This document shows positions 54,262 to 63,265 of a DNA stretch of 64,000 nucleotides, in pieces. The stretch is from Chloroflexota bacterium. Lineage in GTDB: Bacteria; Chloroflexota; Dehalococcoidia; UBA2979. Under the pieces are notes generated by a model. It had not been told where the DNA came from. It ran no database searches and was given only the letters and a program-made list of their open reading frames with translations. Position numbers and translations under genes: made by a program. Each line of letters starts with the position of its first letter. Within the stretch, counting starts at the first letter, position 1. The stretch spans positions 27,038 to 91,037 of the forward strand of contig JAQCIU010000001.1 in the NCBI GenBank assembly GCA_027593235.1. The letters are read 5' to 3'.

Positions 54262-55575
54262 CTAGGGGTGGGTCCTCGCGAGCTGCGGTGTCACCTCGGC
54301 GGCGTCGGCCGGTGCCTGGGCGTGGACGGAGGGGGAGCGAGGGACCGTGGTGACGACCGCGATGGCGGCGACGACGAGGCCGCAGGAGAGGGCGCCCCAG
54401 ACGACGGGGTAGCCGAAGGCGACCGTGCCGACGCCGACGGCGAGCGGGCCGGCGGCGGCGCCGATGCGAATCGCGAGGTAGATCTGGCCATAGATGGCGC
54501 CAAAGGTGCGTTCGCCGAACGCGGCGGCGACGGAGAGCGGCTGGAGGATGACGAGCACGCCCATGGTGAAGCCGAAGAGGATCGAACCGGCGACCTGCAT
54601 GGCGGGGGTCGGCGCGACAGCCAGCACCGCAAAGGCGACGGCCTGGATCAGGAAGACGATGCCGTTGGTGAGCGGGGGCGAGAGCAGGTCGCCGACGAAG
54701 ACGAAGAGGGCGCGACCAACGGTGGAGGCGACGGTGACGGCGGTGACAACGGCCGCCGCCTGGACGAGGGTGAACGATCCCGAGGTGAGGTAGCTGACCT
54801 GGTGAATCAGGAAGCTGCCCTGCGCGAACATGCCGAGCGGGAGCGTGAGCGCGAGCGCCCAGAAGGCGCGTTGGTGGGTCGCTTCGGCGAGGGTCCAGGC
54901 GCGCTCGGGGGCGGCGGCGTCCTCGTCACGGTCGGTGCTCGCCTCGGTAGCTGCGCCGTTGGCGCCGTCGGGCCGGAGCCCGAGCGCGGCGGGGTCGTTG
55001 CGGATGACGAAGGTCGCGACGGGCCAGACCACGGCGATGGCGAAGACGGCGAGGAGCAGGCCGGCAGTGGGCGCGCCCCAGGTCCCGAGGACGTTCGCAT
55101 TGATCGGGGCGAGGATCATGCCGCCGATCGAGGCGCCAAAGGTGGCGATCGTCATGGCGCGTGTGCGTGAGCGGACGAACCAGCGGGCGATCGTCTTACC
55201 GAGCGTGACGGTGTGGAGGCAGGCGAAGCCGGCACCGAGGATGGTGAAGGCGACGTAGGTGTGCCAGACGGTGGTGGCGAAGCCGAGCGAGGCGATCCCG
55301 ATCGCGACGACGGTGCCGCCGACGAGGAAGACGGAACGCGGGCCGCGTCGATCGACGGTGCGGCCAACGAGGATGCCGACAAGCCCCGCGGTGATCTGGA
55401 AGAGCGTGTGACCGACGGAAAGCGAAGCGCGGGACCAGCCGCGTTCGTCGACGAAGTAGGCGATGAAGATGCCGTTGATGAAGATGGCGACGCCCCAGGT
55501 GACGAGGGCGATCGCGTTACAACCGGCGACGATGTACCAGCCGTAGAAGACGCGGCCGCGCGGTGGGTCAGGCAT
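54262..55575 (-). CDS. MFS transporter.
   Basis: A 437-aa protein with 12 TM helices. The start was set at MPDPPRGRVFYGWYIVAG. Confidence 0.8.
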   Translation of the reverse strand: MPDPPRGRVFYGWYIVAGCNAIALVTWGVAIFINGIFIAYFVDERGWSRASLSVGHTLFQITAGLVGILVGRTVDRRGPRSVFLVGGTVVAIGIASLGFATTVWHTYVAFTILGAGFACLHTVTLGKTIARWFVRSRTRAMTIATFGASIGGMILAPINANVLGTWGAPTAGLLLAVFAIAVVWPVATFVIRNDPAALGLRPDGANGAATEASTDRDEDAAAPERAWTLAEATHQRAFWALALTLPLGMFAQGSFLIHQVSYLTSGSFTLVQAAAVVTAVTVASTVGRALFVFVGDLLSPPLTNGIVFLIQAVAFAVLAVAPTPAMQVAGSILFGFTMGVLVILQPLSVAAAFGERTFGAIYGQIYLAIRIGAAAGPLAVGVGTVAFGYPVVWGALSCGLVVAAIAVVTTVPRSPSVHAQAPADAAEVTPQLARTHP

Positions 55576-55795
55576 CGGATGCGGTCCTCGGCGGGTGCAC
55601 GCGGGGGGCTCGGCGCGGCGGGTTGGGTGTCGCCGTGGGACAGGATCGAGTGCGCCAGGGCATGCGTCCAATGCATAGTTCGATGGTGATCGATGTGCAC
55701 TGATCATGGGCGGTTGCGGGCGTGATCCTCGACACTGGATCGCTCCGCCGGCCCGGCAGCGGTGGCGTGAACAGGTAGCGAGCAGGGAGAGCCAG

Positions 55796-56647
55796 ATGTC
55801 ACGGATCGTCTACGTCAATGGCGAGTACGTGCCGGAGGAGCAGGCAAAGGTCTCGGTCTTCGACCGCGGATTCCTGTTCGCGGACGGGGTCTACGAGGTG
55901 TCGGCGGTCCTCGATGGGCGGCTGGTGGACAACGCGGCGCACCTGGCGCGGCTGGAGCGGTCGCTGGCGGAGCTGAAGCTGACGCCGCCGGTGCCGCTGT
56001 CGGAGATCCCGACGATCCAGCAGGAGGTGGTGACGCGGAACGGGGTGGGGCAGGGGCTGGTTTACCTGCAGATCACGCGCGGCGCTGCCGATCGCGACTT
56101 TGCGTTCCCGACCGATGCCGTTCCGTCGCTGGTGATGTTTTCGCAGACGCGGAACCTGCTGGAGGATCCGGTGGCGGCGCGCGGGATCTCGGTGGTGACG
56201 ATGCCTGATCTGCGCTGGGCGCGGCGCGACATCAAGACGGTGCAGTTGGTGGCGGCCTCGATGGCGAAGCAGGCGGCGCGGGATGCTGGCGCGGACGACG
56301 CGTGGCTGGTCGAGGACGGCGTGATCACCGAGGCCACCTCGAGCAACGCGTACATCGTGACGGCCGACGGGACGATCGTGACGCGTGCGTTGTCGCACGC
56401 GATCTTGCACGGGATCACGCGACGCGCGGTCTTGCGACTGGCCTCGGAGAACGGACTGGACGTCGAGGAGCTTGGCTTCTCCGTCAAGGAAGCGCAGGCC
56501 GCGCGCGAAGCGTTCGTAACGAGCGCAACGGGGCTGGTGATGCCAGTGGTGCGGATCGACGGGCAGGAGATCGGCGACGGGACGCCGGGGCCGATCGCGA
56601 AGCGGCTGCGCGAGCTGTACCTGGAGATGGCGCGCGCCGAGGCGTGA
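55796..56647 (+). CDS. Class IV (fold-type IV) PLP aminotransferase, D-amino-acid / branched-chain type.
   Basis: SVFDRGFLFADGVYEV is the class-IV N-terminal signature. The product is 283 aa. RBS GGAGAG. Confidence 0.85.
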   Translation: MSRIVYVNGEYVPEEQAKVSVFDRGFLFADGVYEVSAVLDGRLVDNAAHLARLERSLAELKLTPPVPLSEIPTIQQEVVTRNGVGQGLVYLQITRGAADRDFAFPTDAVPSLVMFSQTRNLLEDPVAARGISVVTMPDLRWARRDIKTVQLVAASMAKQAARDAGADDAWLVEDGVITEATSSNAYIVTADGTIVTRALSHAILHGITRRAVLRLASENGLDVEELGFSVKEAQAAREAFVTSATGLVMPVVRIDGQEIGDGTPGPIAKRLRELYLEMARAEA

Positions 56648-56650
56648 CGC

Positions 56651-56690
56651 CGCCCCTTGCCGCCCCTTGCCGCCCCTCGCCGCCCCTCGC
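56651..56690. repeat. Four tandem decamers, CGCCCCT(T/C)GC.
   Basis: cgccccttgc cgccccttgc cgcccctcgc cgcccctcgc, immediately after the aminotransferase TGA and within the 62-bp convergent intergenic gap. Confidence 0.8.
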
Positions 56691-56709
56691 TGCGCGCCGG
56701 TGCTCGGAC

Positions 56710-58098
56710 TCAGGCGGGGAGCAACTCCGTGAGCTTCGCCATGGCGGGTTGTACCTGGGCGAGGTAGCGCCCGATCTGTTGGGCGGCCTCGGGGTTGGCT
56801 CGCAGGCGATCACCGGACAGCTTCAGCGGGTTGAGCCGCGAGGTGTCGAGCCACTCGTTGAGCTTTGGGTGCTGACGCCACACCTGCCTGGCCGCGACGT
56901 CCAACTGGAACATGCGCAGCCAGTCCTCCGGCACCTCGGGTGGGGAGATCGGCACGCAGAGGGCGTTCTTCTCCACTTCATCGTCGAAGGCCGATTCGAC
57001 GTAGGCGATGAACGCGGCACTGAGGGTGGGCTGACAGGTCCGCACCCACTGCAAGGTGATCCGGTCGCCGTCGAAGATGGCGGTTGATGGCTTCGCCGGG
57101 ATGCCGGCGGCGGAACAGTCGACGTAGAGGCAGTTGGCGGGAGCGGGGACGTTCCCCCGTTCGAGGTGGATCTCTCGGGCGTCGATGCTGGTCACCCGTC
57201 CGAGCCGGATGATGTCGCTGATGCCCCGCAACTGCGCGAGTTCGGCGTCGCTGAGCGTGGCGCAGTGGTAGGCGGTCGGCGTCACGGCGGGGTCGATCCG
57301 GGCGAGTTCACCCGTCGATTCGAGGTGCGCGAAGACGTCATCGATCGATTGCGCGGTCGCGATCGCTTCCATCTGATCGGCGAGGCTGCGGCAGAACCGC
57401 GTGAGGAACTGATCGCCGGTCTGGAAGTTGGCGCGATTCAGCACCCAGGAATCGCGGGGCATGACCCAGTGGATGCGGTCGGGGCTGACCCCGTACTCCA
57501 GCAACCACATGCAGGCGTCCATGCCGGTCTTTCCAGCTCCGATCACGACGTAGTCGTGGAAGTCGGGCGCCAGTCGCGGCAGATTGTTGAGCGGGACGCA
57601 GGTGAGCTCGGCGGCCACCTCGTATGCGGGCGGGGTGGTGGCGGGGATCCGCATCTGCGACCACGTGGCGTCGACGGTCCGCGACGCACTCACCTCGATC
57701 CGTTCGCCGGAGAGGCGAGAGACGATCGCGCCGTCATCTTCGACCTCGCTCATCGGGAAGAACTGGACGCGACCGGAGGGCAGCAGGCGCTGTCGCATGG
57801 TCTGGTCGAAGTGATTGACGACCTCGTGCCCCGAGGCGAGTTCCCGCAGTCCGGCGTTCGACCCGGACTGGTCGATCGCCCCGGTGCCGAGCTCCAGCGA
57901 GTTCACGCCGTAGAAGCTGGAGGGCTGATGCAGGCGAACGAACGGGTAGGCGTCGTTCCAGTGGCCGCCGGCACGGTCACGCCGGTCGACGATTGCCATC
58001 GTGGCGTCGGATTCGGAGAGCAGCGTATCGGCGAACGCGATGCCGACGGCGCCGGCTCCGATGATCAGGTAGTCCACGTCGAGTTGGTTCGAGGGCAT
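56710..58098 (-). CDS. FAD/NAD(P)-binding oxidoreductase (flavin-monooxygenase-like, with two dinucleotide-binding motifs).
   Basis: DYLIIGAGAVG near the N-terminus and DYVVIGAGKTGMD about 170 aa later. The start was set at MPSNQLDV. The 90 upstream codons of the listed ORF are low-complexity. Confidence 0.7.
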   Translation of the reverse strand: MPSNQLDVDYLIIGAGAVGIAFADTLLSESDATMAIVDRRDRAGGHWNDAYPFVRLHQPSSFYGVNSLELGTGAIDQSGSNAGLRELASGHEVVNHFDQTMRQRLLPSGRVQFFPMSEVEDDGAIVSRLSGERIEVSASRTVDATWSQMRIPATTPPAYEVAAELTCVPLNNLPRLAPDFHDYVVIGAGKTGMDACMWLLEYGVSPDRIHWVMPRDSWVLNRANFQTGDQFLTRFCRSLADQMEAIATAQSIDDVFAHLESTGELARIDPAVTPTAYHCATLSDAELAQLRGISDIIRLGRVTSIDAREIHLERGNVPAPANCLYVDCSAAGIPAKPSTAIFDGDRITLQWVRTCQPTLSAAFIAYVESAFDDEVEKNALCVPISPPEVPEDWLRMFQLDVAARQVWRQHPKLNEWLDTSRLNPLKLSGDRLRANPEAAQQIGRYLAQVQPAMAKLTELLPA

Positions 58099-58279
58099 GC
58101 TGCTACTCTGATGATTGCGCTCGCCGCGCGGGATGGGCCTGTGCACGGTACCGGCGGGAACGCCGATCGACCCGTCGAGTAGCGCCCCGTCGCCAACAGA
58201 TTCCGCACGGTTGTCGCCGTGCAACGGTACCTGAGCGGCGCGGGATCGCCGAGGATCGCCATCGACGGGGGTGCGGCAG

Positions 58280-58966
58280 CTACGAGTGCTGCGCGAGGCT
58301 CTCTTCGCGGAGCTCGATGTGGGTGAGCAGGAAGTCGCGGGCGAGGGCGACGAGGTGGCCCGTGGCATCGGCGAGGGCGATCACGCGCGGCTCGCTGAGG
58401 ACGATCGTGAACTCCTGACGCTCGCCGCCGCGGTCGTGGCCGACGAGGCGCAGGAGCGGCGGGTCGCCGGGTTCGAGAAGGGCGATCGGCGGGCCGCCTT
58501 CGTGGACGCGGATGATGTCGGCGTGGCGGGCGAGGTCCGTGACGGAGGCGAGTTCGGCGGCGCTGTCGATCGCCGTTTCGTCGAGGCCCATGGCACGCGC
58601 GAGGTCGCCGGGATGCGCCTCGAAGACGGCTTCGGCGAAGGTGCGCCAGTCCTCGGAGGTGGGGAGTGGCTTCAGCAGCGCGCGGCCGACCGGGATCGAG
58701 CGATCGCGGAGCGCGTTACAGACGGCGACCAGTCGCTGCGCCGCCTCGGCGAGTTCCGTGAGGAGCTGCGCGGCGAGCACGGCGCGGTGGCGGTCCTCGG
58801 TGCGAAAGATGCGTTCGAGGATCGCGTCGGAGACGGTCTCAATGCGGCGCAGCGTGGCGTCGTCGTAGGCGCGGAGGAACGCCAGTTCGCTGCCGATGGG
58901 GTAGTCGTTGGTCACGGCGCTGCTCCCGGTAGGTGGTGGGGACGCCTCGGAGGAGGTGCTTCGCAT
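58280..58966 (-). CDS. Hypothetical protein.
   Basis: A 228-aa globular-looking protein with no family I can name. The start was set at MRSTSSEAS. Confidence 0.45.
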   Translation of the reverse strand: MRSTSSEASPPPTGSSAVTNDYPIGSELAFLRAYDDATLRRIETVSDAILERIFRTEDRHRAVLAAQLLTELAEAAQRLVAVCNALRDRSIPVGRALLKPLPTSEDWRTFAEAVFEAHPGDLARAMGLDETAIDSAAELASVTDLARHADIIRVHEGGPPIALLEPGDPPLLRLVGHDRGGERQEFTIVLSEPRVIALADATGHLVALARDFLLTHIELREESLAQHS

Positions 58967-59020
58967 GCTACCGAGCGGCCGTGCGGCGACCAACAGTGAC
59001 GCGGTCCTCGTTCCGGCGCG

Positions 59021-59150
59021 GCCAGCCTGGATACGCAACAACGGCGTCCGGGAGGGGGCGCCGCCAGCCCTGGACACGCAACAACGGCGCCCGGGAGGGG
59101 GTGCCGCCAGCCTGGACACGCAACAACGGCGCCCGCGAGGGGGCGCCGTT
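59021..59150. repeat. Three tandem copies of a ~41-bp unit, each containing a hairpin.
   Basis: The unit is CCAGCCTGGAyACGCAACAACGGCGyCCGGGAGGGGGyGCCG. Each unit contains the stem CGGCGCCC/GGGCGCCG. The array is intergenic between two co-directional minus-strand genes. Confidence 0.8.
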
Positions 59151-59194
59151 GCCGTCAGCGCTTGCGCGCGGCGAAGAGCGGGGCGTGCCGCGCG

Positions 59195-60301
59195 CTAGCT
59201 ACCGATCTGGAACGCGTCCAGGAAGCTTGAGTCCGAGACCGCGGTGACCTCGCTGGCGGGGGGAGCGACGATGCTGATGTCGCCGCCGATGTTGAAGAAC
59301 TCGTAGGTCATGACCATCGAGCCGATCAGTTCCTCCGCGGTGAGGCCGGCCTGACCGAAGCCGGAGAAGTCGATCGCCATGGTGTAGCGGCGTACGACGT
59401 TGTCGTCGTCGATCCAGACATCGACGGGGAACTCACCGAAGACGTCCGAGATCGAAGCGCCGTTCAGATCGGCTTCGAGTTCCGCGATGTCGCTCGGGCT
59501 GATGGTCGACATCGCCTCGGCGACGTCGATGACGCCGCGGTAGTGGGTGGTGTCGACACCGCGCACGCTTTCGCGCCCGACATCTTCGAGGCCCCAGACG
59601 GAGGCGAGGAACGCGGTGGCATCGAGCGGGTTGGTGAGGCCGCCGGCGCCGCTGGTGGGAAGTGCGCCGAAGGCGTCGGCGCCGGTGGGATCGGTGAAGG
59701 CGATCCACGGGGTTTCAGCGCCGAGGAGGAGGCCGAAGATGGGCCAGTTCATGTAGGTGGTGCCATCGACGTAGCGAAGTTGCAACGGCGCATCGCCGAA
59801 GAACGCTTCGATCATCGCGAGTTCCTCGGTGCTGGCGTCCTCGCTGGAAGCGATCGCGTTGAGCATCTCCGTGAAATCGATGGTCATAGCGAAGCGCTCG
59901 TTGGTGGGATCGATCGCACCGGCGCCGCCGAAGGAGATGCCACCTGGCAGGTCCGGGATCGAGGGCATGGTCATCGACCACTCGAACTCGTAGGCGTCGA
60001 GGGACTCGATGACCTCGAGGGCCTGGACGAGACGCTGGCGTTCCGGGGTGTCGAGCTTGAGCTGCGAGGCGCGCTGGGCGACGGCAACGCCGCCGGTTGC
60101 GCCGGTGGTGGGCCGCGTGTCGGTGGCCGCCCCGGATTGTCCGGATGCGGCGACGATATCGGCGATGCTGCGGGCTGGCGTGGCGGAGGCGGTTGGGGAC
60201 GTATCGCCAGCCTCGGTGGTGGCGGCGGGTTGCGCCCCACTCGAGCAGGCGGCCGCAACGAGGGCGACGAGCGCGATCAGCGCGGTAGTGACAATTCGCA
60301 T
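59195..60301 (-). CDS. Hypothetical lipoprotein.
   Basis: MRIVTTALIALVALVAAACSSG contains a lipobox, followed by a T/A/S-rich linker and a globular domain. Confidence 0.6.
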   Translation of the reverse strand: MRIVTTALIALVALVAAACSSGAQPAATTEAGDTSPTASATPARSIADIVAASGQSGAATDTRPTTGATGGVAVAQRASQLKLDTPERQRLVQALEVIESLDAYEFEWSMTMPSIPDLPGGISFGGAGAIDPTNERFAMTIDFTEMLNAIASSEDASTEELAMIEAFFGDAPLQLRYVDGTTYMNWPIFGLLLGAETPWIAFTDPTGADAFGALPTSGAGGLTNPLDATAFLASVWGLEDVGRESVRGVDTTHYRGVIDVAEAMSTISPSDIAELEADLNGASISDVFGEFPVDVWIDDDNVVRRYTMAIDFSGFGQAGLTAEELIGSMVMTYEFFNIGGDISIVAPPASEVTAVSDSSFLDAFQIGS

Positions 60302-60431
60302 CGGGACCTCCAGCGCACCACGTCCGGTTCGAGGCGCGTCGAAGCGCGGGCCGGTTGGCGCCGCGCTACCTCGATCATCGGAACGTTCTGGCGGCGACTG
60401 GAGTTCCCGCGGCAAACGGCCGCTGCTGCGC

Positions 60432-61232
60432 TTACAGGCACTTGGGATTGTGCCCGTTGGGGTTGCAGTTTTTTGGGGTCGGGATCGGTGGTGCCGTTGG
60501 GATCGGCACTGGCGTCAGCGTCGGAATCGGCGTCAGCGTCGGCAGTGGGGTCAGCGTCGGCAGTGGCGTCGGCGTTGGTGTCGGCGTTGGTGTCGGCGTT
60601 GGCGTTGGCGTTGGCGTCGGTGTCGGCGTTGGTGTCGGCGTTGGCGTTGGCGTTGGCGTCGGTGTCGGCGTCGCGCCGGGGGTGGCGGTCACCGACCCCG
60701 CCGGTGCCGGCGAGCCGGGTGTCGAGGGCGCGTCGTTGCCGGTGGCGAAGTCGGAGGGTGACGGGATGCCGTCCTCGTATCCCGGGTCGTTCGACAGAGG
60801 CTGGTCGTTCGGGTGGGGCGTCCGGCTGGCGTTCGGTGTCGAGGGGATGCGAGGAGTACGGGTTGGCGCTGGGGTGCGCACGCCCGCGGCTCCCGGACCT
60901 TGAGTGGGGCTGGTCGCGAGTTCGCTCCCCGCGTCGGCGGCGTCCGCCGTGGGCGCGGGAATCGCGAGGGCGCGCGAGTCCTCGGCGGCGGCGGCGATCA
61001 CCGCCGGGCTGAGTGGCTGAAGGCGATGCGTTGTGGTGTCGCGGGCGTAGTCCGCGACGAGCCGCGAGGTGAGTTCGCCAACGACGCGGGCGTCTGGTGG
61101 CCGCGCGGAGCCGGCCGACGCGCCGAGGGTGGTGGTGCCGAAGGCGGCGAGCGTGACGAGGATCGCCATCAACGCGGTGACCGCCGCGGCGCGGAGACTA
61201 CGCCGCATGATGCGTGTGCCTCTCCGGACCAT
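60432..61232 (-). CDS. Secreted protein with a long Thr-Pro repeat linker and a C-terminal Cys-bracketed motif.
   Basis: Signal peptide, then (TP)x17 plus PLPTLTP repeats, ending KNCNPNGHNPKCL. The DNA shows GGYGTY hexamer periodicity between 60540 and 60690. Confidence 0.55.
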   Translation of the reverse strand: MVRRGTRIMRRSLRAAAVTALMAILVTLAAFGTTTLGASAGSARPPDARVVGELTSRLVADYARDTTTHRLQPLSPAVIAAAAEDSRALAIPAPTADAADAGSELATSPTQGPGAAGVRTPAPTRTPRIPSTPNASRTPHPNDQPLSNDPGYEDGIPSPSDFATGNDAPSTPGSPAPAGSVTATPGATPTPTPTPTPTPTPTPTPTPTPTPTPTPTPTPTPTPLPTLTPLPTLTPIPTLTPVPIPTAPPIPTPKNCNPNGHNPKCL

Positions 61233-61368
61233 GCGGATGGGGCCGGTCCGACCCGGCGCCGTTGAGGATGTGCAGGCGAGCCGTCGAGTCGAGCCCCTTG
61301 AGCGCCGGATCGTCGTGGATGCGCTGCTCCCACAGCTCCGCGACGCGGGCCATGGTGGCGACGACGTC

Positions 61369-62985
61369 CTAATCCAGCAGCCCGCTTTCCGCTTCGCGGA
61401 AGAGAATCTTCAGCGCGGCGTTGATGGAGAGGCCGGCCCGATACGGGCGGTCCGTGGTGAGGGCGTCGTAGACATCGGCGACGGCGGCGATCCGAGGGAA
61501 GACAGTCAGCTCATCGGCGGAGAGGGCGAAGGGGTAGCCGGTGCCGTTAAGTCGTTCGTGGTGCTGTCCGACGACGGCGAGGACTTCTGGCGGGAGGAAG
61601 ACCGACTCGAGGATCTCGAGGCCGACGCGGGGGTGCTCCTCGATGACGCGTCGTTCCTCGGGGGTGAGCGCGCCGGGCTTGAGGAGGACGGCGTCGCGAA
61701 CGCCGATCTTGCCGATGTCGTGAAGGTAGCCGCCGACCTGAAGGTGCTGGAGCTGACCTTCGGACAACCCGAAGCCGTCGCCGAGCTCGACCGAGAGGTG
61801 GCCGACACGGACGGAGTGTCCCCGCGTGTAGGGATCGCGGGCGTCGACGGCGGAGACGAGGGCGCGGATGGTCCCAAGGTGCTGGCTCTGCAGGCGTTCG
61901 GTCATCGCATCAAAGGTGGTGGCGAGGGCGCCGATTTCGTCTCCGCTTCTGACACCGCTGCGGACGGTGAGATCGCCGGCGGAGACGGCGTCCGCCGCGC
62001 GGACGAGGCGGCCGAGCGGGGCGGTGATGACACGGGCGAGGAAGAGCCCGATCACGAGGACGATCAGCGTCGCGATGCCGAACAACGTCGCCATCTGGGT
62101 GCGCGTGGTCTCCCCGGCGCTGGTGACGAAGGAGGTGGGGAGGGCGACGGAGAGCGTCCCGATCGGATTGCCGCGCACGTACATCGGCACGTACATGAAC
62201 TGGTAGTCGCGACCAGAGAGGAGCTGGGTGTCGCGGAGTCCACTGCCTGCCACGGTAGCGGCGACGGCGGGAGAGTCCTGCACCTGGTTGTCGGCATCGA
62301 GGACGAAGGTGGAGAGCAGGAGGCCGCCGTAGCTGTCGTAGAAGGTCACGTCAGCGAACGACTGCTGCTTGATCGAGGTGAGTAGCGCGCGGAGTGGGCT
62401 GGTGACCACCACGACGCCGGCGACCGTCGTCCCGTCGTAGATCGGCCCGGCGGTCACCAGCAGCGGCCCGCCGCTGGTCTGAACGACCGAGGCGAACTTG
62501 TCGCCGCGGCCGTCGCCCTGGCCGGTGAGCGCGGTTGCGGAGACCGCTGCAGTGGCCTGGGTGGCCACGTCTTCCGGGATCGCTTCGTAGGTGAGCAGGT
62601 CGGGATCGACGAGGCGTGCGGCATAGAGCACGGCACCCGACCGATCGAGGATGTAGACCGCGTCCGTGGCGCTGTTCGCGGCGATCGGCAGGACGATTCG
62701 CTCCGTGGCGGCGGGGTCGTGGCGAGCGACAGCGCGCTCAATGCCCTCGGTGAAGGAGACCGCGCGGATCACCTCGAGGTGATCGCGTTCGCGGCGAACG
62801 ACGTTGTCGCCGGCGGTGCGCGCCGATTCCGCGAGCTGGTTCGCGAAGCGGACCTCGAGCGATCCGGCAACGACGCGGGTGACGAGGTAAGTGGAGAGGC
62901 CGGCGAGGGCGAGCGCCAGCACGAGGTACGGCCCCAGGATCTTCCAGCGGATCCGCGCTCTGATTTGTGGCCGCAGACGTCCCAT
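61369..62985 (-). CDS. HD-GYP-domain phosphodiesterase with an N-terminal membrane-anchored sensor domain and a HAMP domain.
   Basis: The HD motif (YLHDIGKIGV) and the GYP region (HHERLNGTGYPF) are present, with two TM helices flanking a ~250-aa extracytoplasmic domain. Confidence 0.8.
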   Translation of the reverse strand: MGRLRPQIRARIRWKILGPYLVLALALAGLSTYLVTRVVAGSLEVRFANQLAESARTAGDNVVRRERDHLEVIRAVSFTEGIERAVARHDPAATERIVLPIAANSATDAVYILDRSGAVLYAARLVDPDLLTYEAIPEDVATQATAAVSATALTGQGDGRGDKFASVVQTSGGPLLVTAGPIYDGTTVAGVVVVTSPLRALLTSIKQQSFADVTFYDSYGGLLLSTFVLDADNQVQDSPAVAATVAGSGLRDTQLLSGRDYQFMYVPMYVRGNPIGTLSVALPTSFVTSAGETTRTQMATLFGIATLIVLVIGLFLARVITAPLGRLVRAADAVSAGDLTVRSGVRSGDEIGALATTFDAMTERLQSQHLGTIRALVSAVDARDPYTRGHSVRVGHLSVELGDGFGLSEGQLQHLQVGGYLHDIGKIGVRDAVLLKPGALTPEERRVIEEHPRVGLEILESVFLPPEVLAVVGQHHERLNGTGYPFALSADELTVFPRIAAVADVYDALTTDRPYRAGLSINAALKILFREAESGLLD

Positions 62986-63265
62986 CGAGGCTTCCCGACC
63001 TGGCCAATCCCCGTGGATGTGGCCATCTCGGTGAGATGTTCGACAGACGCCGTTGTGGAGGAACTCGGGTGAATGCTGACTGCGGTGAGTGGCGGTTCAG
63101 ATTGTCAGTATTGAGTGCGTATGAGAATCGTGATCGGGAATCGAATGACAGTGTGTTGTGTGAAACCGGGACTGCGCGCCAGGTTGAGTGACCGAGCGGT
63201 GCGCAATCGCGGAGCCGCGGGCGAACTGCGGAAGAGCCACGTGCGATGCCGACGTCGACCGATCG

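Noticed and set aside
60540-60690. Highly periodic GGCGTTGGTGTC-type hexamer repeats that could be mistaken for a CRISPR or VNTR array.
   Set aside because: There are no spacers. The period is 6 nt and the repeats lie in frame inside a coding gene, encoding a Thr-Pro linker.
61069-62385. A 438-aa plus-strand ORF antisense to the HD-GYP gene.
   Set aside because: G/D/E/R-rich low-complexity. The HD-GYP frame has unmistakable HD and GYP motifs.
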